Positions 1 to 13,010 of a DNA stretch of 64,000 bases are shown here, one piece after another. This DNA is from Amoeboaphelidium protococcarum X5. Lineage: Eukaryota; Fungi; Aphelidiomycota. Within the stretch, counting starts at the first letter, position 1, and the number at the start of each line of letters is the position of its first letter. The position numbers and the translations under genes are program-made. The stretch spans positions 186,001-250,000 of the forward strand of contig JALDTO010000142.1 of NCBI GenBank assembly GCA_023515725.1. The letters run 5' to 3'. The notes under the pieces are model-generated. The model saw only the letters and a list, made by a program, of their open reading frames with translations. It was not told where the DNA came from and ran no database searches.

Positions 1-148
1 GGTTGATAGAAGTACTATCACCAGCCACTTGCTTAGTGATTCCACTGATCCTTTCAACAGAAGACCGCTGTCTATTGATATGGTCTAACCGAATGAAGAG
101 CTGAGAGCGCAAATTCAAGCTTGGAAGTAATCCAAGAAGAGAAAATGA
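1..148 (+). CDS. UFD2: 3' end of U-box E4 ubiquitin ligase Ufd2/UBE4 (partial, runs off window)
   Basis: Frame 2 reads VDRSTITSHLLSDSTDPFNRRPLSIDMV(TAA=Q)PNEELRAQIQAWK...TGA, the characteristic C-terminal U-box of Ufd2. Confidence 0.9.
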
Positions 149-290
149 TAAACGTGACAGTATTTGAAAAATTTAGCAGATGTCAATTACGATATTCTTG
201 TATTACTTTTAGTTCATATATCTATCTCTATGTATGATAATTGATCACTTTACCGACCAATTCACCGTAACATTACAATCAACTAACTAC

Positions 291-620
291 TCACTCGAAA
301 TTGTATGAGCGAGAAGCTGTGCGCTGTTTCAACACGCGGTCAAAGTGATGGACGCGCTCAAACCAAGCAGGAGAGGTGACACGACTGGCACTAGCCATTT
401 GAGGAATCATGGACATGCTAGATTGAGTCTGAGCCAAGGATAACTGAGGAATCACTTTGATAGTCTTGATCAGAGTCTACGCACTTCTGTTGCTGACAGG
501 AGGAGCAGTGCGCGGACTAGAGATTTGAGGCAGAGTTGACAGCGTGCGATTGATCGTGGTCTGAAGAGGATTCAACTGCGGAATAGACTTGATTGTCTTG
601 TTGATAGTATTGTTCAGCAT
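291..620 (-). CDS. Small hypothetical protein (109 aa) with four [IL]PQ[LIM] quasi-repeats
   Basis: ATG at 620 to TGA at 291 with one in-frame TAG; AT-rich flanks; no family recognised. Confidence 0.6.
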
Positions 621-821
621 TTTATTTAAATATATTCAAGTATTTTTTATTGTTACAAAAGTTTTGTAAATTATCAAGAGAAGAGATGATCGTCGATCAA
701 TAAAAACTATTTAAGGGAACTGATCAAGGCTTTTGATTCGATCACCACCATCATGGAATAACTAATCAGTCTAAAAATAGTAACAGGTAAGTGATCAGAT
801 AATTTCATACTTATTACAATC

Positions 822-2195
822 TCACATCTCATGGGCCCAACGCTTGACATCATGAGGTATGTTCTCATTATCCTACAATGCTGCCTTGATTTAGGTTGGA
901 TCTACAGCCAACTTTACCATTTTGAATTCACGAGGATTCTTGGAGTACGATTCATCCAAAACTATCAACTACAAGCCGAGAAAATTCTCAAAGGCTCTAT
1001 AGGCAACCATCTTCTTACAAGCGTGGATATGGTGTATATTCGTGAATTCTGTAAACTCTCTATACACCATTTCGAAATTGAATCTATCCAACTTCTGCAC
1101 CAATAGCCGTTTCATCGCAACAATCATACACAGTTCTAGCTGAGACAGGTCCTCTAGCAGGCGCTGACGAGAATCAACAGTCAATAAATCAAATGATTAC
1201 TCCACTAAATCGATGTCTAACATTAATTTTTCAGTATTCAACAAATTTACAGCAGTCAGTATACACTTGAACAGCAGCCTAACATCGGCATTTAATTGAA
1301 ATAATTTCTTTGCAATTTTTAGAAACTGTTCGCTTGTTAGAAACCCGTCCAGAGAAGACTACAGAGTCTACCGTGATTATGCAGATAAGTCAACACAACC
1401 AGACAGCTGTAGATTAGCACTTACTATATTCAGGTAAGACTCAAAAGACGACGCAGGCCAACAATAAATTTGGCGATGGCTAAAACGAGACTTGACGCGT
1501 TTCTCAAGCAATTCCATAACATCCAGGCGAACAGTTATGCCAATCACCAGTATCGGTCTACCTGAAGACTGAACAGTATCAAACAGATTATACAGCAGAG
1601 ATTACTTGGAGTGTTGAGTGAACTTGTCAAATTCATCCAAGGTAAATATCAGTGGAGGTCCTTCTTTGGTAGCTCTGATATACTCAAATAGACGAACATA
1701 AGACTCATGGAAAGAGACCTTGTCAAATATCTGCGCCTACTATTACTCATTCAGGCCCATAGACAGACTAATCTGCTGAACAACCAGGCGATCATCGCTG
1801 TGGATTGAGCCTTGCAGTTGAACCACAACAACGTCGCGCGATCGTTTCAGACGTTGAACTAGCGAGTTGACCATCATGGACTTCCCAGTGCCTTTAGGGC
1901 CATACAGAAGGGCGGATGAACTCTACCTATTCAAAACTAAATTATCGCACATTCGCTCAAGTTCTTCAATTTAATCTTGTAAATTTATGCTGGTAGCGGG
2001 ATACTTTCTGCCAGTTAAAATACTGCACAGATGCGATTTGGCAGCCTGCAATTCTTTTTCAGACACTTTGTAGTCCGCACTATCTTATATATCGACGTCT
2101 GTATTCTTTCTTGGCACTTTGCGTGAGGATACGCCGGCATCTTTCCTAGGGGAGGTGCGTTTTTTGGATGGAGTCTATCTTTTACTCGTAGTCAT
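822..2195 (-). CDS. ORC4: Origin recognition complex subunit 4
   Basis: 457 aa with TAR=Gln. Walker A LLYGPKGTGKS, Walker B IFTLDEFDKF, K(TAA=Q)SLLYNLFD, LEKRVKSRFSHR, C-terminal FNFEMVYREF. Confidence 0.95.
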
Positions 2196-2397
2196 ATTGT
2201 CTCTATAGGTGAAAATACATGGACGGTCAAGATGTTCAAAGCTTCCATTGAAACAAAAGCGCTCTTGCAACGCGAATTCAAAATAGATCTTAACGCAGGC
2301 GACCAAGAGATAAGCGTATTGGTCTAATAAGAAAGACAATTAAAGATAAATTTCATTTGATATTGTGTATTGTAACAGTTATTGGCGATGTATATAT

Positions 2398-4044
2398 TCA
2401 ATTTCTTTAAACACCAGGACTCACATCTGAATTGCCATCATCTTATCCATTTGATCCAGCTTCCAGCTCAAGAGAAGATGAAGCTTATTCAACCTGTCTA
2501 ATATGGTCCATAAAGCGATTAAACGGCTCCATGTCAACAACTGGCTTTAAACGCGTTAATCCAACGATAATGGGAGTGCATTGCTTTGTAAAAAACCTAG
2601 AGGAAGCCTCCTCACTCAGGAACATATTGGTGTAACTCTGAATCTGACGCGCCTGAGCATACCAATTCAGCATAAAAGTTTTAACCAACGGTTTGTATGT
2701 AAGTCTATAAACCATCCATCCAGTGGGGCATTTCATAGATATACACTTGTAGAAGAGACGATAAGTGTACATATGGCCAGTGACAGAAGTGTAGTCAGGC
2801 CATTCTTCGTCTTCTTGAGAGACCAGTCGCTTGTATTTAACGACGGTGACTTTATATCTAAACTCACCCGTGCTAACAATATTCCAACTCACATACTCTC
2901 TCAAGCCTTGATGTTACAACTTATTTAACATTTGCTCATCTAAACGGTCAGTGTATAGGAAAGCATTTAGCCTTCTCTCCAATTAACGATCAAGATGAGG
3001 ATAGTAAGACACTTTCTTATCCTCAATAGGCAATGTGAGAGCCTATCTAAATCCATTCTTGCAGTCATGATACTACAGCTCAATAACAACACCCCATGGC
3101 AGCAAGTGCTGCTCATCTCGGTGGTGAAACTAATTGAAGTACAAGGAGCTAAATCCTTTGAAAGACGTAGAAGAAACGATGGTCCTCACACCTTTCGATC
3201 GCTTCAGTTTAGTCTCCTTCACTTGAGGTTGCATACTCGGCTGAACATGATGTAGCATAGGCGGCAGCATGGACTGAGTCATATGATTGTTGTACTGAGC
3301 ATCTTCTTTCCTAAATAACGGATACCGGGATACATGAGCAAATGAGTCGCGTACCCTCTCCCGTTGCGGTGTCATATAGTATGCCAGCGCATCTTGGCTC
3401 GGAAGTGACTGCAATGTGAAAAGGCCATACGGTTTACGCTATATAACATCCTTCTTGTACAAGAGCTGGAACGCATTAGATGTAATAGAAGCCTATTGAA
3501 AGCCATCCCCAACCTTGATCACCACAAAGAATGGATTGTACGTTTCAGGCATCTTTTTCAACCGGAAGAAAGTATTGAACTATGCTACCCCAGGCTTTAT
3601 AATAAGATTATTATCTCTGACAGCAAAGACGTAGAGATACTTGTCATCTTTAGTGTGGGCTATTTGCCTATTCTGGATCGTGACAGAGAGTATTTGCGAT
3701 GAAGTCACCTGCTCAGCGTCTGATTATGAGGCTAATGGAAACCACCGATGACGCGACGTTTAGCTCCTCTCGAGACAGTGCAACTAAACCTCAATCGTGA
3801 GCCCATCAAAATACCGTACATCTTCAAAAAGTATAGACAGACTCACGTCCAGTAGAGTAGGAGAACCATACACATTCTAAATGACTAAATTCTACTAAGC
3901 TAGACCGTCGATGCCATTACCAAATGTCACATTCGAAAAAGTTTGCTTGTCAATAGCCACGCCCAGTAGCTGCCCAGAGACTAAATTCACACATAATATA
4001 CAGAATACGACCAGGTATTTACAAAACTAATATTACACGTCCAT
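2398..4044 (-). CDS. Orphan predicted secreted protein (548 aa)
   Basis: Single TGA-free frame joining track ORFs 3130..3414 and 2485..2904. N-terminal signal-peptide-like MDVQYQFCKYLVVFCILCVNLVSG. Confidence 0.75.
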
Positions 4045-4839
4045 AATCTTCTATAAACATAAACGCGAACAAGTGGGAGGACGGGGATAATTAACAATTA
4101 CCACTCTGATCAGCCAATCGCTTCAACAATCTAATCTCGTCCAAACGCCTCATCGCTCTCCGCTCGCTCTCTTAAACGGGGCTGCTTTTGATGTGGCGCA
4201 TGTAGGTTACTCAACAGCGATTAAACAATGTCAAACTGAATTAAATTGAAGTGTAATTTTCTGGAGATTTGTATGGCTTACAAACGTTTATGAACCTTTC
4301 AGAATAAGCAATCCGACTTTATACTCTGAGAGTGGGTGCAATAGACACTTTCCTAGTATCAACTTCATAATCTTAAATGTGATTTCTTCAGTGTCGCAAG
4401 CAAGTTGATGCTCATCTGAAGTGTCAAGGCAAGTGTTATTAAGATTTTTCTTCTATAAACTGGCAGTATGAAGAATATGCTATTATTTGTGCTTCTAGAT
4501 AGTAGTATGCTTGATCTTGAATATCCCATTCAAGGTATAGTCGAAATCGAAACATATTACACTTTTGTCATACGACGCGTATAATATTGGTTGAAGGCAG
4601 TGATAAGTTAATCAAGCTATATATGGTATGCAATAATTATCCTTTAACTCTAGTTAATCTAGTCAGCTTTATGAATACACTCATTTTAGATTTAATCAAA
4701 TAATAAAGTGCCTCACAGCTGACTCTGTTGTCAGATCAAGGGGCTGACATATTTTCATCTATCGAGCCAATTTTACAGCAATAACCACCATTGTTAATTA
4801 GAGAAGTACAATACATTGCTTGAGCATATCAGTTAAACA

Positions 4840-6237
4840 ATGATCAAGTTTTTCAAGCCTCTTGTTATTGGAATAGTGTGCTGCCTTCTGTCTCTTAGTA
4901 CTATGGCTCACGATAATAATTAAAGTAATATGACGTTATTAAGCTAATGGAATGGTGTGACGCGTCAGTTTAACATTACGGTGGATTAGCTTCCTGTCAT
5001 TGATGGTATAAGTTATTAGCAGGATAGCGGTGAAGATACTGAGACTCTTACACTATTCGATATCTTCTTTCTAGGTAACTAGACTCTTATGGAGCAGTCT
5101 TTCTAGGGACAATTTAAAGAGATTGATCTGAATGACGATGGCAAAGTTCAACAGGATGAGTTTGATGCTTACTGGAAGAATCTTGTATTTGCAAAGTCTC
5201 TTAATAGCCATTTACCGTGGTAGAAGAGACTCAAAGTGTACTTTAGTGAGAAGGTAAACAATGCTGCTGATGGAGGTAGACTGGAGGATATGATCAAGGC
5301 CGCATACGTGCAGGCAGATTCTGACCAAGATGGCGCGATATCTTTTAATGAATATCTTTGCTTGTATAAAGCTGACTAGAAATGTCCTGAAATGGTATAA
5401 ACAGCAGACGCGTATCTGGACTTATAGGTTGTCCTACCTTCTTCTTATAGGCGTGTATGTAATGCCTTCCGCGACACTGCTCTTGCTTAGTGCTCCAACT
5501 CCACTTCTGATAGGATCAAGAGCGATATCGATGCATAGTACCTTCTTTGTACTTAGGGATTCTCACTCCTTGTTCAATAATTTGATGTTGAAAAATGCCA
5601 CCTCGCCGCCGCTGCAGATAATATCACATGCATTGACACTTATAACCAATGCTTTAATGGTATCTCAGCTGCTACTTAGAAATAGTCTGATAGTACTGTT
5701 GAATTGCACAAGAGATCTCCATTTCCTATCGGTGTGATACTTTTCGATTTGATTCTGGATCCAGTTCTATTCGTTGGTGTTATGAGTGTTCTGACCATCG
5801 TTGTGTTATCTTCTGTCTCTATTCACGCTGCCGTGGTATCTAACAAGAATATTTAATAGGAGTGGTTGAATGCGCAGTCCTTAATTTCAACTACGGCTGA
5901 AAAGTGGTTTGTCGGTGCTCCATTGCCGCCATGTAACACTCCGATTGTATGGTGGTCCGATTAGTGCTTGACTTTGATGTCTAGAAAGTCTGCGGCTGCC
6001 CGATGTGGTATAGAATAACTGCCTGAAGGCTCCTCTACCGTTCCCATGATTGTCTCGCCTCAGCCATTCTATCAAAACGCATGTAAAGGGCACTGGGGTA
6101 AAGGATCTCGTCAATGCCGCCTGCTTGGATGTCAGCCTCTTTGTATTGGAATTAGCGGTAATGGGTGTGATAACAAAATGCCTGATTTGAAGATTCTCTA
6201 TGACCAAGACGGTTAGAGCAAGGTGAAATATTAATGA
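4840..6237 (+). CDS. Secreted/membrane EF-hand protein with KR site, hydrophobic segment and Cys-rich tail (465 aa)
   Basis: Signal peptide MIKFFKPLVIGIVCCLLSLSTMA; EF-hand loops DLNDDGKVQQDE and DSDQDGAISFNE; LHKR followed by a long hydrophobic run; ends TAA TGA. Confidence 0.8.
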
Positions 6238-6296
6238 CTTTTAATAAAATAAAATTGTCGATTGTCAATTGTAAAATTCTTCATCAAGTCTAACAA

Positions 6297-7199
6297 TCAT
6301 TGATTGATACTCTGTAACTATGCATTGATTCGAATAATCTCTTCCAGTGTCGGCCTGTTTGTGGTCAGAGGAATACTGGCAATACGTGTATCCGTCTTTA
6401 TCAAAGGCGGAACTTTCTTTTCATTGTCGGAGTAGTATAGTATAGCTTTATTGTGTGGGCCAGGAGCATGAATATAAATTCTGCGACATTACAGCAAGTA
6501 CGGGCTCCAGCTGGACAATAGTGATCTAACTTCTTGCTCCAATGCTACTTAGTTCTATCTTCGAATTTATGCACCGGCAGACCTGATGCCTTTAGTTGAA
6601 TTATCTTTAGCTTTTTGACTACCTCCTTGCTTTCGACGCGTCGTATACTTTACGATAGTCTTGTGCGCTACCATCAGATCATGATTAGGACTTGTTAGAT
6701 CAAAGATGGCACCAGCGAATCTTCCGCCTTGAAGCAACAATATGCACCAATATGGCCTTGAGTCCTAAAGAAATCTTATGAGCTATTGCGGTAATGATAC
6801 ATTATCCTTATCCTCTTCTACAAAAAATACAGATTTATAACAGTGAACCTCTTGACCAAATTTCAGAGTGAAAGATATGACCTAGCGTTATTACCATTGC
6901 AACGAATCACCATCAGATCCAGATTCTTCATCATCATCATCATCACTAGTACTATCTTGAACAGACTATCTAAGCCTCATCTAATGCTCTTCTGTTTAAA
7001 AATGCACGCGTTACTCTGAGCTTGTATAAAAGGATTAATTACAAATTCTACAGCTCTTTTACGAGGCAGCAACGGGCGCAGATTGTTCTTACTATGCATC
7101 TTTTGTATCGGAAGCTTTATCTTACTACGCTTGTTCCCTATTGTCAGATTCACATGCAATTTATAACGGGTCAATGTCGAACAAAGAGCGACAATTCAT
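6297..7199 (-). CDS. VMS1: Vms1/ANKZF1-like RQC tRNA endonuclease: C2H2 finger plus VLRF1 domain, no ankyrin repeats (300 aa)
   Basis: SLFDI N-terminal motif, CRICNQSF...HFKTEEH finger, LLQGGRFAGAIF, HKTIVKYTTRRKQGGSQ, SAGAQIRR, IPLTTNRPTLEE. Confidence 0.9.
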
Positions 7200-7416
7200 T
7201 TGCAAATAATTCTAATTCAAAACTTTAAAATGGATATTTTAAGGTACTTTTATTACCTTAAAAGAAGAGTTATTGATGAATTTGCAGCGAAATGATTATG
7301 GAAGCTCTTCAGTGACAAAGGAAAATAAATGTAAATATAAAGTATGTTTTGAATTCTAAACTCCTATTATTAATTCATTTAATATTCTCGCACCAAGACA
7401 ATTACCAACTGTTTAA

Positions 7417-8913
7417 TCAGACAAACTCAAAATTGGACTTCTTTGGACGCTTCGTCAATTTGCCATACTTGCTCATCCCCGCAGGCCAATTTGTGTCGGA
7501 CACACGACCATTCTAACGATACCAAGAAGAGCATTAAGACGATGCGGAAGGCTACTACTCCAACTTCTTCAACAGCCAGTCCATGTGACGGTCTACAGCA
7601 TCGGAACGCGTCTACAGAATGCAAGGGTACCCGTCACACTCCATATCGATCATTTACAAGCACTTCAAAATGTAGTCAACACCATACTGAACCATAACAC
7701 TAACAGAACCAATAGTAGTATTAGTATTAGGTCCTGTCAAGAAAAACAAGTTGGGGAACTTGTCAGTAGTCAGACCCATCAAGGTGCGCGAACATTCAGA
7801 CCAATGCTCGCTTAAGCTTAGCCCATTCTCACCGCGAATGTCAAAGTGAGGAAGACAACGCCCAACATCAAATCCGGTACCAAGAACAATTAAATCATAC
7901 TCATCAGGTTGGCAATTCGTGGAATCTTTGGTCTCAATAGTTGCATCTTCATTGATTTTCGCAATTCCATCATTTATCAACTTGACATTCGGCAAGTCGA
8001 TGGCCTCGAACAAAGAAGGGGAAATCACCAATCGACTACATCCGACAGGATAATCAGGGATAAAATTGATCTTCTCAGCCTGCGGATAGACACTTTTGAC
8101 ACCTTGAGACATAATCCAGCGCGCTAAATTTGGTTTGGTACAAACCAAGTTGGACAGAAAATCAAAGCGCAACATCTGTCTCCATCTTTCCAATGTCAGG
8201 AGAAACGGCAAACGCTAGGCAAGAGCAAAAAACAACTTTGAATATGGTGGATCGCTTTCTGGGACAATCCATTTCGGAGATCTCCAATACCAATGCACAG
8301 TCGGTGCAGATGGACGCAAGGCTAAACCTGTGAAGGTTTGAGTCGCACTTGACCCATTGCCAATAACAGCGACACGTTTTACCTGATCCAAATCAGCTTC
8401 GGACAAATTCCACTGCGCAGTGTGGACTACGCGAGTTTTGCAACTGAGCGCCTGAGGAATCAAATCTTTAGGGATTTTAGGGGTGCTTAGTAGACCGGTA
8501 GAGCAGATCAAGTACTTGGTCACATATAGGACTCCATTATCACAATGAACGTGCCAAAGCTTATCATCTGGCATCCAGCAAGCTTTCTAGACGCCTACAC
8601 CACATTTCAGAGGGAATGGGTGGCGACGGACGACATCTTGCAAGTAAGTCTTCAGCAGAGGGCCAGGTGGACTTTGATTACGTCCAAAATGCTTAGCAGC
8701 TGCCTCGAGATCCCATTGATAAGCATAAACGGCCCATGACACGTCGCAGTGGAGATTAGGATACGCGTTTGCAGACCAGACACCGCCAACGTCGTTCGTC
8801 TTCTCCAGCACCAAAATCTAGTCATTCGGGCGTTCCTTGTGCAAAGATATAGCCATATTTATACCGGCCAGCCCAGCACCAACAATCAACACGTCTAGCT
8901 GCTCCACAGTCAT
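7417..8913 (-). CDS. Flavin-dependent monooxygenase, Baeyer-Villiger type (498 aa)
   Basis: LIVGAGLAG, GGVWSANAYPNLHCDV, VVHTAQW fingerprint, VIGNGSSATQ, LGTGF, FPNLFFLTGPN, CSSWY. Confidence 0.92.
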
Positions 8914-9459
8914 TTTTTAATGCTTGATAACTACTCAGAAAGTAAAACTACGCCATAAGCATATTTCAACCCTTGATTGATAAGCATTCCGAATATTTCA
9001 AAGGGGAGATTACCCCTGACTATAACCAATGGTCAAAGCCGCATACAATGAAAATGTGCATGCATCAACAATAGAATAAAGTCCTGCTATTAGTTTAAGT
9101 AGAATTGTTTTAAAGGGTGGTAACAACAATGGCGCTCGCTTTGGACATGAGTCATCTGCAAAGTGCCCAACATTTTTAGAGTGATTCTCATACGATTCTT
9201 TCAGCGTTGAGTGCCACATCTCGCAATAGAGCACTAGAAAGCCATACACATCATTTATCCTTACAGACTTGACTGTCTCTCATAATCATTATCATAATCA
9301 TGATCGTTGAAACCAATGAAACTAAATCATGAGAAACGAGATCTACAAGCGATCGGCGTGTTATCGTTGAAACTAAAGATCAGATTTAAAATGACGTATA
9401 TGAGCATCTGTGAGTACATTTCTTTTCACCTTTTATCGAAGTGGTATAGCTTTATAGAA

Positions 9460-10896
9460 ATGCGGACCAGAGCTACTAGTAAGCAGGCTATTTCTATCAA
9501 GATTGCCAACAGCTCTATTTTGCCAGATGTACCAGTATTATAATCTGAGGGTCGAAAGCGAACCGTCCCGACCACGTCTGACGTGCCTGCTTTTGGTGAT
9601 TAAACTGAGTTGAAGCTGGCTAAGTCTTCTATACCTCAGTAGAAACAATCAGAATCAGATAATATATCAAATGATGGACAGACCATAGATTTGAAAGCAT
9701 ATCCCAATATTAGACTTGGCTATGCTTGCCTCAATACTGTGCTCCGTGAAAGTGATCCTGCTGTATTTTGTTCGCGCACTCTCCGTCTGAAAACTCTTCT
9801 AGAGAAAGGACTAGATTACGCCAAAGATCTTGGCTATCAGAATGCATGCGATCTCATTAAACTGATAGAGTGGAATGAGCGGCATTAAATACGCCTTATG
9901 CGAATCAGTAGCGAGATGTTTCCGTTCGCATCACATCAAGTTCATGGATATAGCGTGAAATGCGCAGAGGTGCCGCTGAGACAGGCGGGCGATCTGGCAA
10001 AGAAATACGGCCACCGATTAACGTTACATCCTGGTCAATTCAGTCAATTGGGAAGTCCGAATGAAGATGTGATCAAGAGATCTTTGTTGGATTTAGAGTA
10101 TCAGAGTGAATTACTAGATCTGACTGGACACTCTGCGTAAGACGGTGGTGTGATGGTGATCCACATGGGCGGCGTCTATGGCGACAAGTAGGCCGCTTAT
10201 GAACGTTTTAAAATCAATTTTAAACGACTATCCGCAAACGCGTAGAACAGATTGGTTCTGTAAGATTTTTGACTGATGGTTTATATATATATGAAATCTT
10301 TATATTGTGCACCTCGTTATGTGTGTAGGGAGAATGATGAATTGTGTTATTCTGTTCAAGACTTGTTACCGTTATGCGAAGAGTTACAAATTCCGCTAGT
10401 TTTGGATTGGCATCATCACTCGCTTAATCCTCTGTATGAACACATTGATGAGTTTAAAAAGGATGATTATCATCTAGTTGAGCAATCACTACTTGACCGG
10501 ATTAATGCAATATGGAAATCTCGCGGTATTAGAATAAAGTAACATTATTCAGAGAGTCGACCCGGTGCCAAGTCGATTCCAGAGCGTCGAGCTCATTCAG
10601 ACTATGTGAGAAGGTTGCCTCCATTACCTCAAGATTTGGAAGTTGATATCATGATTGAAGCCAAGATGAAAGAGCAGGCGGTTTTACAATTGTACAAACA
10701 ATATGATTATTGTAAAGTAGAGGATTTGAAGAATGAACAAATACCTGATAAGGTTGATGAAAATCAGGACATTACCTCAAAGGGCGAATTGTGCGTAAAC
10801 GACACTTGCTGCACCGAAGAGAAAGAATTCGTTGATGAAGAGTAAATCGTTACCAAAGCCAAAAAGCGCAGAACCAATAGCAAGAAGTAAAAATGA
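9460..10896 (+). CDS. UVE1: UV damage endonuclease (UVDE/UvsE), intron 10260-10328
   Basis: RLGYACLNT, RISSEMFPFASH, RLTLHPGQF, IHMGGVYGDK, LENDE (restored across the intron), VLDWHH, RRAHSD, MIEAKMKE. Confidence 0.95.
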
Positions 10897-11090
10897 CGAA
10901 ATTGTTGAAATTACATTTAATTGGCGCGTTTAATTTTGTTGTTTATATATCTAACAGGAGATACAGTAGTATAAACGATACAGTAGACTTGTGAAGTTTT
11001 TGTTTCAGCCGTAGCTCGTTTCGGCGAATCTTTCTAAAGCGCATTGTCTTGCTCGATGCACAAACCCAAACACTGTAGAATATATAAATT

Positions 11091-12908
11091 ATGGAACTAC
11101 CTGGATAGAAGCAGAGCGAATACATCGAAAAACTTAAAGAGGATAATAAGCGGCTGTAAACCACTTTGCGGTAGTTGTAGAAGGCCAGCACTAAGGCATT
11201 GCAAGAGTTCAATCTAATGAAAAGTTTGTATTCGGAGGCCACAATTGAATGCGAAACTCTGACTAGCCGGAATGCTGAGCTAATGAGGAAATTTCGCAAT
11301 CTAGAGGAGACCAATAAGCAAAGTGCTCAAGTGCTCAAGAGAATCATAAAAGGTGTGATTGCATCTAAAATAAAACTTTGTGTATTTATCTCGTCGCACC
11401 TTTGATATAATGTAGCATCCAAACTAGCTATCGCGGAGTTTAATGACTTGAAACAGAGATTTATTGATGAGCTGGAGAGGAGGCAGTCAATGGAGTAGTA
11501 TTGTCATAGCTTGACTCAAACATTAGAGAAACTGAACGTCAAGTCTAACATGCTTTCTAATGCGTAAAAGGCTGTCACTAACGATTAGCGGTCCATATCT
11601 TTATAGCAATCCACAATGCAGCAAGAAAGTCTCAATTCTGAAGAATAGCTCTCAATGTGTAAGATTAACTATTGTAAATATCAGCTCAAATATATGTTTG
11701 GAAATATGTAGAATTATCTAGTGTCAAGGTATAATTAAGTGATACTTTGAGTGAATTTGAGTCGTACAAGGAGTAAGCCATGTCTAAATAAATGGCTCTG
11801 GAACGGACCATAGAGGATCTGCTTCAGCGAATTACGGCCGTCAATACTCAAGATTAACAAGCTTAGTACTCGTAAGTTACATCGTTATTATAAATGATAA
11901 ATGTCATATCATGTCACCGGTTAAATCAAAATATGTAGATAGAGTGATAACTTTAAACAATAGCTCCATCTGCAAGGGAGTAGTAGCCCATCTGCTAGCA
12001 TGTTGACATTGAGCTCTGACATGCAGGAGGAGATCAAGTAAAAATCGCTTAGTAGAAAGCAGATTGCTGATACTATGAGTTAAACAGGTAATCTCCAAGA
12101 TTCTCCTCTCATGAAAAATTACAGCGCCATATCAAAGATTAGTTAATCCTCTGGTTTTAGAGATTTAAATTAGCTCATATCAAATCAATCAAAGTGTCGA
12201 CATTAGTTCTCTGACAATTCAGATGACGGCTTTGGAGCTGCTAATAATACCGATAATACTAAAAAGTCTTAGAATGGCAACCTGATGAATTTTAATGAAG
12301 CTTCACAGAGTAATTAGTAGAAGAAAACACAATATGAGCACAAATAAAGTAATGAACCACTGGTTACAACTAACTTGCCTATAATAACTCCTGCATCCCC
12401 TCTTGGAAGTGCTTTGAGTCAGGAGTTTGGAGTCTAAATTGATCTTCACTCCCCGCTGGTGGACGTTGAATGGTCTGATAAAGACTCAGCTAATAGAATT
12501 TAAAATCTCGCCTCAAAGTTGATTGAGTAATCCAGGTAGTCGAGAGCTATGATAGAAAAGCGATCTAGTAGAATATATGAAGCCGCCGGTAAATAGAAGG
12601 TTGGTAGTGAATATAATGTTAATAGGTTGGGTAATGCGATTTCATAATCCAAAGCAGAGAAGCTGATTCCTCAGGGAACTTTTGCCTAATCTTCTGGCGA
12701 TAACATAGATAAGAAAGAGCGAAGGATAGCACCTCATAATTCCACTTAACCTTTGATGTAGCCCAATCTGCGATAAAATGCATCATCATCATCTTAATAA
12801 TAGTAATAATTGCAGTCGGAGGAAGGCTCGCGATTGAGTAAAAAGACTATACTAGAAATTGAAAAACTATTCTCAGAGCTGGAATCTGAGCTGGGTGTGA
12901 AGCTCTGA
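11091..12908 (+). CDS. Coiled-coil protein, possibly shootin-1-like; introns 11353-11415, 11659-11711, 11872-11938
   Basis: 544 aa after removing three GT..TGTAG introns. Heptad-rich N-terminal half and disordered C-terminal half. Shootin resemblance judged by eye only. Confidence 0.7.
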
Positions 12909-13010
12909 CAGAGTCTTGATTAAGATAATCAAAATATCACCATGAAGGTCTGTATGTTAATATGTAGAAATTTTATTATTGCTATTATCATTATTATATT
13001 AAAAATTTAT

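Noticed and set aside
4250-4800. TGA-poor minus-strand frames here, and similar ones at 8950-9300 and 54600-55000
   Set aside because: No coherent start-stop structure or recognisable motif. Long open frames are expected by chance with a single stop codon.
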